Source: Octopus vulgaris
Lineage: Eukaryota
Reading direction: 5' to 3'
Length of the DNA stretch: 64,000 nucleotides
NCBI GenBank assembly: GCA_951406725.2
Contig: OX597817.1
Location: forward strand, 63,364,001-63,428,000
How positions within the stretch are numbered: position 1 is the stretch's first letter; every line of letters starts with the position of its first letter. A program made the position numbers and the translations under genes. A model generated the notes under the pieces. The model saw nothing but the letters and a program-made list of their open reading frames with translations, was not told where the DNA came from and ran no database searches. Positions 13,601-25,912 of this stretch are shown here, piece by piece.

Positions 13601-14174
13601 ATTATTATAATAATTAAAACAAAATACATTGTGGATTAGTAAAATTGGTGATTGCTGATTTTCTAAATACAAGAGGTGAAATATTTTCAAAATGACCGCA
13701 CTTTGATAAGCTTTTATTGACACATTGGAATTCATTCTGACCATCATACTAAAATCACCTTCCTTTCCCTTGTAGTTGAGCTTATTGTCCTCTTTCTACC
13801 TATATACCCTTGAGCCCTCCATAAATTCAGATTTATTAGGGTATGCATTTACATGTGTATGTATACATTTTATTTACAGCGAGCTGCTGAAATTTGGAAC
13901 CAATCATTGCAGGATGACGGGTTATAATATCATAAGAGGAACCTGTCTCTCGTGTCAATTCGCAGTGTGTACCTTTCCAGTCTTTGTTGCTGAAGAAGAG
14001 ATAACCACTCCAAAATGCATCAGTTTGGTTAGGGTCGCTGTGAGCTGACTGTGTATTTACATCTATTTGTCTAGAACGAGAAATTTTCTCCATGACAAAT
14101 TACAGTAAATACCTTTCTTATGGGTTTGAATATGCCTCAAGCATATTTGAATGATAAGTTTGTAGTTATATTTA

Positions 14175-15455
14175 TTGGGTTGGCAAGAAAGTCATTTCGT
14201 TTTTCGCAAATGGATAGAGTTGCGATCTTTAACTTTTGTCAATGTTATGATTTTTTTCCTTTTGACATTTGATAGCCGTTACTTTTAGCTTACTTTAGAA
14301 GCAAATTGGACGTAATTTTGTTTACAGCTATTCAGTGTCAATTTTAACATGAATTGCAACGGGAACATTTTCGCCTTATTTTGCTTTTTATTTCCGTAAA
14401 GGCAAGAAAGCTGCCGAGGCTCACAAAGAGATATGTGAAGTTTATGGTGTTGATTGCTTAACAGAACGCACATATCAGAAATGGTTTAAATAATTCCGTT
14501 CTGGAGATTTTTCTTCAAATATGACTAACGTTCTGGTCGACTTACTGAAGTTGATGATGACCGAATCAAAGCCATAATTGAATCTGATTGTCATATAACT
14601 GCGCAAGAGATTGCAGAGTGGTTAAATGTATCACATGCAACAACTGAAAAACCACTTAAAATGTCTTGAACTCATTAAGAAGCTCGATATTTGAGTTCCA
14701 CATAACTTGAAAGAGATTCACTTAACACAACAAATCAATATTTGCGATATGCATCTCAAACACAATGAAATCGACCTTTTTTTTTTTAAATCAACTTTCA
14801 CTGATGATGAAAAATGAATGGTCTACAATAACATCAATCGAAAACGATCATGGTCCGAGCGTAATGAACCAGCAGAAATCATATCGAAAGCTGAATTGCA
14901 TCAAAAAGGGTTATGCTGTCAATTTAGTAGGATTACAAAGGTGTTGTGTATTTTGAGTTACTTCCAAGGAACCAAACGATCAATTCAGATGTTTACTGTC
15001 AACAACTTATGAAACTGGAGAAAGCAATCAAAGAAAAACTACCAGAATTGGCAAATCGTAAAGGAATCGTATTCCACCATGACAACATTAAACCACACAC
15101 GTCTTTGCTAACCTGCGAAATATTATTGGAGCTTGGTTGGGAAGTGATGGGTCATTCACCATATGGCCCTGATCTTGCACCATCAGATTACCATTTATTT
15201 CAAAGTTTACAAAATGTTTTGAATAATAAAACTTTCAATAACGATGATGACCTGAAATCGCATTCACTTCAGTTTTTAGCTGATAAGGACCAGAAGTTCT
15301 ATGAGCGCAGAATCATGAAGTTGCCAGAAAAATGGCAAAAGGTCATTGAACACAATGGAAAATATATAATTGATTAAAGTTCATTCTTTGTACGAAAAAA
15401 AAAAGAAGACTTTTATTTCACACTAAAAAGCCGAAATTACTTTCTTGCCAACCAA
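14175..15455 (+). mobile_element. Full-length decayed mariner transposon (mellifera-subfamily-like)
   Basis: TIR ttgggttggcaagaaagt / actttcttgccaaccaa with TA TSD. Transposase remnants: EHFR.ILLF, FRSGDFS, *VPH, FHHDN, PYGPDLAPSDYHLF, KWQKVIEHNGKYIID. Multiple stops and frameshifts. Confidence 0.95.
14349..15377 (+). pseudogene. Mariner DD34D transposase pseudogene
   Basis: ORF 14946-15377 carries HHDN and YGPDLAPSD; upstream HTH and WVPH regions are disrupted. Confidence 0.9.
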
Positions 15456-16244
15456 TATATATGTGTATTCTTTATGTACGAAGGACTATTAACTGATAGC
15501 AATAAACTGGTTTCAACTCTACAGTACCCAGTAAGTTTCCTTATTTACTTTCACGTAATGCCTTCCTCAGCATAAGATCGAGACAGTAGTTTTTGAACTA
15601 CATCTTTGTACAATTTAAACCTTAATGTAGATACCGTGGCTTGCAATGTGGAAACACATTTATAAAATGAATCAGTTTGAGGCTAATATCTATCTTTCAA
15701 TCTTTGTATATTCCAAAACAAACTTATGGATTCTTCAATATTTTGCAGAGATCTGTCTAAGCTATCAAGCATCACTTTGCTTAAACAGGATGAAGCTTAT
15801 CAATTCTCTCCTCCTGTAGTATCTACCATTCTATAACACTTAGACTGTTTTCACTTATTTTGGCTTCTCTGAATTTTTACGGCTAGTTCAGATTAAATGG
15901 CCATATCTTTATCTTGTGCAAACAAAAAGCAACCAAATATTCTTTATAAATATTGGGGGTATTGTTCATCTTATAATACAAGGGGTAATGTGTCATTGCC
16001 AAGAGTTTGAATGTCATCTAGTAATCGAAAAAGATTTTGTTTCAGTTCAAGTTGAAGAACTTCCTCCAATCTGAATCTAAAATCTACCAGAAGTGAACTC
16101 GTCTCGATCAAAATACTGGAAAAGTTCTGACTCAGCAGCATTGTAATTTTCTCTTTGATTCATGCAAGTAAAAAGGTTGTGAGTTCACTGTGCTAACGAT
16201 TCTGCCAGCTCACCGCTTTAACAACTACAACAACAACAATAATA

Positions 16245-16460
16245 ATCCTTTCTACTGAAGGCACAAGGCCTTGGAATTTTGGGAGAGGGGACTAGTCGAT
16301 TACATCGACCCCGGTGTTTCATTGGTACTTAATTTATCGACCCCGAAGGGATCAAAGGCTAAGTCGACCTCAGCGGAATTTGAACTCAGAACGTAAAGAC
16401 GGACTAAATGTCGCTAAGCATCTCGTCCGGCGTGCTGACGATTCTGCCAGCTTGCCACCG
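16245..16460 (-). mobile_element. SINE family A
   Basis: Reverse complement of the full head/core/tail (ggcaagctggcagaatcg ... ggccttgtgcc..gtagaaaggattatt). Confidence 0.9.
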
Positions 16461-16494
16461 TAATAATAATAATAATAATAATGATATTGATAAT

Positions 16495-17642
16495 ATGCTA
16501 CCATAAAGAGAAAAATAAGAAAGGAATATTACAGGAGAATAAGACTCAATACTAAAAACTGCACTCAACTGTAAAAATTGCATTGACGCCATTAACACCT
16601 TGGCACTTCTAATAGTCGAATATAGTTTTAACATCATTAACTGGAATCTTACAGAGCTCCAACGCCTGGACAGGAAGACAAGAAAACTACTAACTTCTAA
16701 AAACATGCACCACCCAAAAGCAGATGTTGATCGTCTGTACCTACCTAGAAGTAACGAGGGAAGAGGAATGATGCAGGTAGAACTGTCCTATAAGAATCCA
16801 CTATAGCAATGAACGGGTACTTGTCTAGTACAGGGAACTAGATGCTGCGACTTGTGTGCAAACACAAAAACAGTAAAAAAAGTCACATCCTATACTGGCG
16901 TCGATGTAATCGACTGGCGCCATCCCCAAAATATTTCGAGCCTTGTGCCTAGAGTAGAAAAAACAGACCATCTCGTCTCGGGAAGTCCTGTGCTGACACC
17001 AAACGAATATAAAAATCGCCACCATAGGGTTGGAACAGTATTTACACTGGAGAATATGTAAACGCTACAAAATCAGCACTCCTGCTTACTAGTAAGAACA
17101 TCATCCTGAGCCAGTCGTTGAAGATAAAAATGTCACTATCCTCTAGGATTTTCCAGTGAACACTGACAGAACAATCGAGGCTAATCGAGCAGATGTAATT
17201 ATTAAAGACAGGGAAAAAAATATTTGTAGACTAATAGATGTAAGTGTTACCACTGATAAAAATATATCTGTCAAGGTATTTGACAAACTAAGCAAATACA
17301 AAGATCCGGAAATTGAAATACAAAAGATGAGGCGTCTTAAAACGAGAACTGTCCCTGTTATTGTAGTTGCCCTAAGTATGATAAAAAGTTATATCAGAAA
17401 TATCTAGATAAGATCCCAGGAGAACTATGTCTCAGAAAAATCCAAAAGATTGTACTGACAAGTACTATCCTCATCCTTAGAAAAACGCTGTCAATTTAAA
17501 TGTGTTGTATTATATGAAGATATTTCGCTACTTCCTCTCCTCAAGCTTTCAGTGATACTGTAACATCTCTTATCCTTCACCTGCCCCAGGACACTGGGTG
17601 TGTCTCGGAAAGTGATTGTAACAAATATGCAGATTAAATGTA
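16495..17642 (+). mobile_element. 5'-truncated, decayed R4/Dong-like (restriction-like endonuclease) non-LTR retrotransposon in (TAA)n
   Basis: RT thumb-like AINT..YSF..INW..ELQRLDRKTRK..HHPKADVDRLYLPR..GRG; HLVSG..L...EYKNRH; RLE motif TDRTIEANRADVII..IDVSV..KLSKYKD. (TAA)n on both flanks; SINE A tail fragment inside at ~16890-16962. Confidence 0.85.
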
Positions 17643-17667
17643 AATAATAATAATAATAATAATAATG

Positions 17668-18550
17668 ATTTCATTTATTTGCCACAAAGGTGAAGGATGA
17701 GAGGGACAATGCAGAGACAGAGATAAAGTGTGGAAATTTACATATCTCTTTCTTTTCTCTCTTACTTGTTTCAGTCATTTGACTGCGGCTATGCTAGAGC
17801 ACCACCTTTAATCGAGCAAGTCGACCCCGGGACTTATTCTTTTTGTAAGCCCAGTCGGTCTCTTTTGCCGAACCGCTAAGTAACGGGGACATAAACACAC
17901 CAGCATCGGTTGTCAAGCAATACTAGGGGGACAAACACAGACACACAAACACACACACGCATATATATATATATATACATATATACGACGGGCTTCTTTT
18001 CAGTTTCCATCTACCAAATCCACTCACAAGGCTTTGGTCGGCCCGAGGCTATAGTAGAAGACACTTGCCCAAGGTGTCACGCAGTGGGACTGAACCCGGA
18101 ACCATGTGGTTGGTAAACAAGCTACTTACCACACAGCCACTCCTGAAATGGTAAAAAAAATGAAGTATACACGGTATACACTGGAAAAGAAGAGACATAT
18201 GCACAGCATACAAAGGTAAAAAAAAAAGGAAGGAGGATAATAGAGATGTGACCCTTCTGATACAAGAACGTCTCTAGGGATAATCGAGGAACCAACTGCC
18301 TGAGATTTCCCTGAAACCCTATGAGCAAGTGCCCTCTCCAATTCCTTCTCTCCGACTCACAGGTCTTCACTTAGAGAAGTACCACCCACTCTTGCTATTT
18401 TCGCAACTTTCGCCCATCTTTCAATAAACTCACTCGAGGACAGCACTTCCCTCTCCATTCTCAGTTTCCTTTTCAAGTGAAACTTGAAGAAGTCGATGAG
18501 AGTTCTATCAAAGAGGAATGTATCTATTCGCATGCCTTTCGGCCTTGTCC
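17668..18550 (-). mobile_element. 3' part of a Tx1/L1-like LINE interrupted by SINE B
   Basis: Minus ORF 18357-18550 LIDFFKFHLKRKLRMEREVL..FIERWAKVA resembles the ORF2 C-terminus at 54122-54223. The 3' UTR appears to resume at 17745-17668 and ends tttgtggcaaataaatgaaat(cattatt). Confidence 0.7.
17757..18145 (-). mobile_element. SINE family B (tRNA-derived head, internal microsatellite; resembles octopus OR-type SINEs)
   Basis: A box gtggctgtgtggtaag, B box ggttcagtcc, central (TA)/(TG) tract, tail ccagcatggccgcagtcaaatgactgaaacaag (slightly diverged in this copy). Confidence 0.9.
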
Positions 18551-18561
18551 TGATAATAATC

Positions 18562-19063
18562 ATGATTTTAAGTTTTGGCACAAGGTCAGCAATCTCAGGG
18601 GAGGGGGTAAGTCGGTTACATCAACCTCAGTATTTAACTGGTACTTATTTTATCGACCTCGAAAGGATGAAAGGCAAAGTCGACCTCGGTGGAATTTGAA
18701 CTCAGAACGTAAAGATGGACGAAATGTCGCTAACTATTTCGCCCAGCGAGCAAACGATTCTGCCAACTCGCTACCTTAATAATAATGATGATAATGGTTT
18801 CAAATTTTTCCACAAGGGCAGCATTTTGGGGGGAGGGGATGAGTCGATTACATCGACCTCAGTGCTTCACTGGTACTTAAATTATCGGCTTCAAAAGATG
18901 AAAGGCAAAGTCGACCCCGGTGGAAATTGAACTTGGATTGTAAAGACAGACTAAATGCCGCTAAGCATTTTTACTCGGCGTCCTAACGATTCTGCCAGCT
19001 CGCCGCCTTAATAATAATAATAATAATGATAATAATACAGGTCAGGTGCTAGAGCATAAAAGA

Positions 19064-19103
<40 letters not shown>

Positions 19104-19180
19104 CGATCCGTCCAAGCCCGTTCCCCTGGCTGTGGTTTCGCTAGACAGTAGATAGGGACAGTGGGAATCTCGTTGATCCG

Positions 19181-19213
<33 letters not shown>

Positions 19214-19218
19214 CTATA

Positions 19219-19256
<38 letters not shown>

Positions 19257-19468
19257 CCTTTCTACTGGAAACACAAGGCCTCAATTTGAGGGAAAGGGAT
19301 AACGTCGATTACATCGATCCCAGTGTGTAACTGGTACTTATTTAATCGACCCCGAAAGGATGAAAGGTAAGGTCGACCTCGGCGAAATTTGAACTCAGAA
19401 CATAGCAGCAAACGAAATACCGCTAAGCATTTCGCCCGGTGTGGTAACGATTCTGCCAGTTCGCCGCC

Positions 19469-19470
<2 letters not shown>
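18562..19470 (-). mobile_element. Three tandem SINE A copies (18562-18777, 18797-19009, 19255-19470) separated by (TAA)n
   Basis: Repeated reverse-complement family A units. Confidence 0.9.
19064..19215 (-). pseudogene. 28S rRNA fragment (~150 bp), retroposed
   Basis: Minus strand reads atgcctcgtcatctaattagtgacgcgcatgaa..gagattcccactgtccct..ctagcgaaaccacagcc..gcggggaaagaagaccctgttgagcttgactctagt, the conserved LSU core just downstream of the R2 target site. Confidence 0.95.
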
Positions 19471-19507
<37 letters not shown>

Positions 19508-20282
19508 GTAAGTGATGATGATTTCTTTTATTTGCCGCTAAGGCGAAGGACAATACAAAGACATAAAGTGTGGAGGTTTACGTATAACGAGACGAGGCAA
19601 CGAGAGAAGCTTTACCTGGTTGTTATTTAGCCTCAAATCAACCCCGATACAGCAAACCTATGTTGCTATAGAAATATCTCTGGTTATTAAAGAAGGGTTT
19701 TTTTAGGAGAATGGACCCGGAAGTTGTTGTTCGCAGATAGCAGCAGTAATTTTCTTCAGCTGAATACACGCCATTAATTGGTTAAAATTACCCAAATTCA
19801 ACAACTTTAACACGAAATAACTTCTAAAATACAAATTTTTTTTCAAAAACGTTGAGAGTAAACCCTGTTCTATGTGTCACATTCTACCAGTATCCGAAGT
19901 ATCAAAGTGTTTAGTTAACAAAAAATTAATTAAAAAATCTGTCGGTCAGATTGAAAAAAATCCCTTCTTGCTTTGCACTTAATTATGATTATCAGGTTTA
20001 GTGGTCATTACTAATATATAGTGAAAGTCCTGCTTTCAAAATTAGTAATGTATGGAACGTCCACTACACCTAAGATTTATGACTGAGAGTATTGTCTTCA
20101 AACTATGATTTCAAATTAGATAGATTCAAATCTACACCCCATAATCTATCTGATCTGAAATCTCAATATATTAACATCATGAATTTTCATTTCTTTCTCT
20201 TTTACATTTGAGTTTTAATTTCCGCCTGTTACAAATCGGTAAGAAATTCGCAATTGTACCGAACTAGTAAATGATTTTTATC

Positions 20283-21457
20283 TTTTACTTGTTTCAGTCA
20301 TTAGACTGCAACCATACTGGAGCACCGCTGGGAAGAATATTAGTCGAACGGATCGACTCCAGTACCGTAAATCCTCGAGTATAATCCGCATTTTTACCCC
20401 AAAATTTAAAGGTCAAAATCCTTAGTGCGTACTATATACGTGGTTAAAAATGAAAAATATTTTCTAAGCAATGTCCGAGTCCCTATTTGCTGTCTGGCAA
20501 TGTTTGTTCATAAGCATTTTGTGATGTCGGGCGCGAAAATACCTTAAGCTAAGCCTGAAAGCAATGAAGTCATAAAAGAATCATCCATAACTTGCAGTAA
20601 GCAACATTTATCAAAATAAAAGTATTCAGATCACAGAATAACATGTAACAAAAACAATTTGCAAGCATATTTACATTCCCATATAATAGTTAGGAACATC
20701 ACCATTATTGTATTACGCATGCGCGGAAGTGTTTGTTCGACTAGGTACTGCTGGCTTAATTACGTACGAATTGTACTTAATAGTTTAGCCCTAAATAGTT
20801 CATCCTGCTGTTTGTATTGGCAGTTTGCATCATTACCGCGGCAAATAATAGATACTTAATTAAATACCAGTATTAAATGTTTGAACTACTGTGGGTCTTT
20901 ACTAGGGTTTTTTATAAGCGGGACATTAACTTCCAACCTGTACATTAATTTCCAATAAAACATTTTATACATTACATACCCATAAAATGCCTCGTTGATC
21001 TTATTCAGCTATGTTTAAACTTGAAGTTATATCATATGCTGAAGACCATGGTAATAGGGCCGCCGGAAGAAAATTTGATGTTGACGAAAGCAATGTCAGG
21101 TTATGGAGAAGAAATAAAGATGAAATTAAATGGATACCAAAGATAAAGAAGGCTAAAAGGCAATAATAAAGGACGTTACAGTAAACATTTTTACAAACCA
21201 AGGACGTTATATAGACCTCCTTAACTCAAGTTAGAGAAGGGGTGCATATTATACGCAAGGTTTGGGTTTTTCAGAGGTACAGCATCTTAAAAATCCCCTG
21301 CGTATTATACTCAAGGGCGGGCTATACTCGAGGATTTACGGTACTTATTATTTTTTTTCTTAAACCTGGTGATTATTCTTTCGGTCTATTTCGCCGAACA
21401 TTTAAGTTACGGACACTTAAATGCGCCAACACTGATTGTCAAACAGTCACACACAAA

Positions 21458-21550
<93 letters not shown>

Positions 21551-21700
21551 CAGGCTTCTTTCAGTTTCGGTCTACCAAATCCACTCACAAACTTTTGATC
21601 GACCCGAAGCCGTAGTAGAAGACAGCTACCAAAGGTGCCAGTTAGTGGTACTGAACCCGGAACCATGCGGTTGTAAAGCAAACTTCCTCACGCAAAGACA
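20283..21700 (-). mobile_element. SINE family B split by a DNA transposon insertion
   Basis: Tail at 20283-20364; the body resumes at 21342 (ccagTA|...|TActta) and the head lies at ~21650-21700. Confidence 0.8.
20365..21341 (+). mobile_element. Internally deleted pogo/Tc2-like DNA transposon
   Basis: TIR ccgtaaatcctcgagtata / tatactcgaggatttacgg with TA TSD. 20987-21166 encodes MPR*SYSAMFKLEVISYAEDHGNRAAGRKFDVDESNVRLWRR, a Brinker-type HTH of pogo transposases. No DDE domain seen. Confidence 0.88.
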
Positions 21701-22605
21701 CGACTTTCAATGTAAATTGAAGTGACTACATGAAAATCTAAAATAATGAGTGTATAATTCAAGTTTTAAATAAGTTCGTGTTGAGTTGACATTCGTCCAG
21801 TTTGTAAATTGTTACAACTTAACCTAATTTAAGAGGAAAACTTTGGCATACTATGTAGAAAGACTTTTGAGCGATACGTTTAATTTAGTAACATGATCAT
21901 GGTAACTACCAAGACAAAAATTGGGGCGATTTATTTGCTTCATTAATCTCACTTTTGTCTGGTATTAGTCTGGGCATTCAATATCAATCATGTGAAGATA
22001 GCTAAATTGCAGCATATCGTGCTTCGGAATGAAATTTAAGCTTTTCATCAACGGTTCTTTCTCCAATTTGGAATGGCATGGTGCTACATAATGGCGTGAC
22101 AGTATCATCGATAGCTATCGTTGTTCAAACAATCCGATGTCTTTACTGTCTGAAACAGCACTCCGAATTTGCTCGAATTTCTTCCATCTATCTTGTTGAA
22201 ACATGTCGTATGCAGATTCGTTAATTCCAAATAATTTCTATTCCTCTATTATCATTGTTGATAAGAAGCTGAAGTTTTCACTATCCACAACGCTCATACT
22301 CAACTTGTCAAGATAATCACAATACTCACTGACGTAGAATTAATTGCATTCTTTTATTCGTTTACTTGTTTTACTCATTTGACTGCAGCCATGCTGGAGC
22401 AACACCTTGAAGGGTTTTAGTCGAACAAATCGATCACAGAATTTATTTCTCAAGCCTAGTACTTATTCTATCGAGTATCTTTTGCCGAACCGCTAAGTTA
22501 CGGGAATGTAAACACATCGACACCGGTTGTCAGACGATGGTAGTGGTGGTGGTGTTGGGGCACAAAGGACACACACACATGCTCACACATACACACACAC
22601 ATCTA

Positions 22606-22711
<106 letters not shown>

Positions 22712-22899
22712 AAAAAAAACCCATGAACCTTCAGGGGTGAGATGGGTCTGCAAACTTAGAACAGGAAACAGTATTTCTCATGATCATAGTTTACTTTCAT
22801 TTATGTCATTTGCAGTTGTTTTATAAATAAAAGATGTATTCCAGTATAAAACACACGAGTATGTATTTGAATATGGCAAAATGTAATAAACATTCTTAT

Positions 22900-23292
22900 G
22901 GCGTAGCTGTGTGGTAAGTAGCTTGCTTACCAGCCACATGGTTCCGGGTTCAGTCCTACTGCGTGGCACCTTGGGCAAGTGTCTACTACTATAGCCTTGG
23001 GCCGACCAAAACCTTGTGAGTGGATATCGTAGACGGAAACTGAAAGAAGCCCGTCGTATATATGTATATATATGTATGAGTGTGTATATGTTTATGTGTC
23101 CGTATTAGTCCCTCCAACATCGCTTGACAACCGATGGTGGTGTGTTTACGTCCCCGTCACTTAGCGGTTCGGCAAAAGAGACCGATAGAATAAGTATTAG
23201 GCTTACAAAGAATAAGTCCTTGGGTCGATTTGCTCGACTAAAGGTGCTGCTCCATCATGGCCACAGTCAAATGACTGAAACAAGTAAAGGAG
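22900..23292 (+). mobile_element. SINE family B
   Basis: Complete head, central microsatellite and tail. Confidence 0.9.
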
Positions 23293-23679
23293 TAAATGAG
23301 AGAGTATGGGGCAAATCGGTCCAACCTGGACCCTTTTGTCCCAGCGCTGGGGCAAAACGGTCCATATCCGATAAAAATTTCTTTTGCACTTACACATGCA
23401 AAATTTTTATTCCCAATTAATCATACTATACAGAAACGTGAATGGCTATTCTCTATGCACGTAGCAATTTACATTAAGATGTGTGCATTTTTGACGGATA
23501 TATTGAACTTTACCCGTAGGGGGTCCGTTTTGCCCCGTCTTCCCCTACATATTATTAATTCTTTAAGAATAGCGTTGAATGTAGTTTCAAGGAAGTCTAA
23601 GTAGGTCGAAATTTCGAAGTCACTGTCAACACTACTCTTGGTAAAGATTAATCTCTCTTTCTCTCACCCCTCTCTCCAG

Positions 23680-23756
<77 letters not shown>

Positions 23757-24519
23757 TAAGACCATAAGGTATCTCTAAATTCTCTTGCCAAACATTTTTC
23801 GGATTTCTGACATATTCCTCCAAACAGCCATCGAGGTCAACTTTGCCTTTCAACCTTTCGGGGTCGATAAATAAAGTATCAGTTTGGCACTGGGGTCGAT
23901 GTAATCGACTTAATCCCTTTGTCTGTCCTTGTTTGTCACCTCTACGTTTAGCCCCTTGTAAATAATATATATTACTCCAAACAGCAGCTAGGCCTTAGCG
24001 GCCAATTTTCACTTTAGTGTCCCATACCCAAATGGCACCTCGCGGCACTCCCATTCGAAGAAGGGGTTTTAATTTATGATTCCCATGTTAACAAGTCCAT
24101 GTTCTATTTCATGATCATGACAGTTTTTAACTAATTAAACATTAACGCTGTTGATTAAAATTCCGTATTTTTCACATTGTCTACAACGTTACATTTACAC
24201 TAATTAACCGTCCACAGTTTCCTGTTGTAATTAAAGTAGAATTGAAGATAATTTAAATTGTTGATATCAATAATACTTTCTGAAATGTAGAAATGTTACT
24301 TAAGATTTTTTTAACTAACTTTTAGAATATTAAGGGAAAACATAACAGAACGAAATAGAACTAACTTTACTTATTAATTACAATTATCAATTTTAAAAAA
24401 ACTTAGTGTTAATTAATATTTTATGGTTTGTTAGGAGCTCAGTTGCAGCATTTAGCTGCGAACATTTGGTCTTTGAGCTCAAATCCCACTGAGGTTAATC
24501 TGAATCTTACTCTCTTTTA

Positions 24520-24753
24520 CTCTTTTACTTGTTTCAGTCATTTGACTGCGGCCATGCTGGAGCACCGCCTTTAGTCGAGCAAATCGACCCCAGGGCTTAT
24601 TCTTTGTAAGCCTAGTATTTATTCTGTCAGTCTCTCTTGCCGAACCGCTAAGTTACGGGGACGTAAACTTACCACCATCGGTTGTCAAGTGATGTTGGGG
24701 GGAACACAGACACACACACATATACACACACATACATACATACATACATACAC

Positions 24754-24821
<68 letters not shown>

Positions 24822-25912
24822 GACGGGCTTCTTTCAGTTTCCGTCTACCAAATCCACTCACAGGGCTTTGGTCGGCCCGAGGCTATAGTAGAAGACACTT
24901 GCCCAAGGTGCCACGCAGTGGGATTGAACCCGGAACCAAGTGGTTGATAAGCAAGCTACTTACCACACACCCACTCCTGCGCCTATGATGATTAATTCTG
25001 AAGTGTTGCGTTTCTACAAACTCATGCAACTTTTAGTATCTTTCATTTTCTACTTGTTTCAATCATTAGACTGCGGCAATTGCTGAGGCACCGTCCTAAA
25101 GGGTTTTGTTTAACAAAGCGACACCAGTAATTAATTTTTTCCTAGGCTTATTCTATCATCTCTTATAGATGAATCCCTAAAGGGATGTAAACAAGCCAAC
25201 ATCGGCTGTCAAGAGGTGGTTGTGACACACACACACACACACACAACACACACATACACATACACACGCGCACACACACACGCGCGGTGGGCTTCTTCCA
25301 GCCTCTGTCTGTCAAATCCACTCGCAAAGTTTTGGTCAGCACGGGTCCATAGTGGAAGACATTCACCTAAGTTGCTTTGAAATAGGTCTAGATCCGAGAC
25401 CATGTAGTTGTGAAGCAAACTTCTTACCATACAGCCGTGCCTGCGCCTGTATATTAAAGGGAAAACGAAATATAATAAACTTACATTATTAATTACAGTT
25501 ATTAATTAAAAAAATCTCAGCGTTAGGAGCGGCTGTGTGGTAAGTAGCTTGCTTACCAACCACATGGTTCCAGGTTCAGTCCCACTGCGTGGCAAGTGTC
25601 TTCTACTATAGCTTTGGGTCGACCAAAGCCTTGTGAGTGGATTTGGTAGATGGAAACTGAAAGAAGCCCGTCATATATATGTATATGTATATATATGTGT
25701 ATGTGTGTTTGTGTGTCTGTGTTTGTCCCCCCAACATCACTTGACAACCGATGCTGGTGTTTTTACATCCCCGTAACTTTGAGGCTCGGCAAAAAGAGAC
25801 CGATAGAATAAGTACTAAGCTTAGAAACAAGTCCTGGGGTCAATTTGCTCGACTAAAGGCGGTGCTCCAGCATGGCCGCAGTCAAATGACTGAAACAAGT
25901 AAAAGAGAGTAA
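24520..25912. mobile_element. Three SINE B copies: 24520-24984 (-), 25050-25447 (-, older), 25520-25912 (+)
   Basis: Family B consensus motifs in both orientations. Confidence 0.9.

Noticed and set aside
13836-14093. 85-aa minus ORF containing WKGTHCEL (EGF-like fragment?)
   Set aside because: Only one relevant cysteine and no supporting exon structure; cannot be supported.
19064-19215. Genuine rDNA locus
   Set aside because: Only ~150 bp of 28S, embedded among SINEs and (TAA)n, with no other rDNA sequence.
23308-23545. Possible DNA-transposon MITE (ggggcaaaacgg / ccgttttgcccc)
   Set aside because: A short inverted motif is real, but termini and TSD could not be defined, so it was not called.
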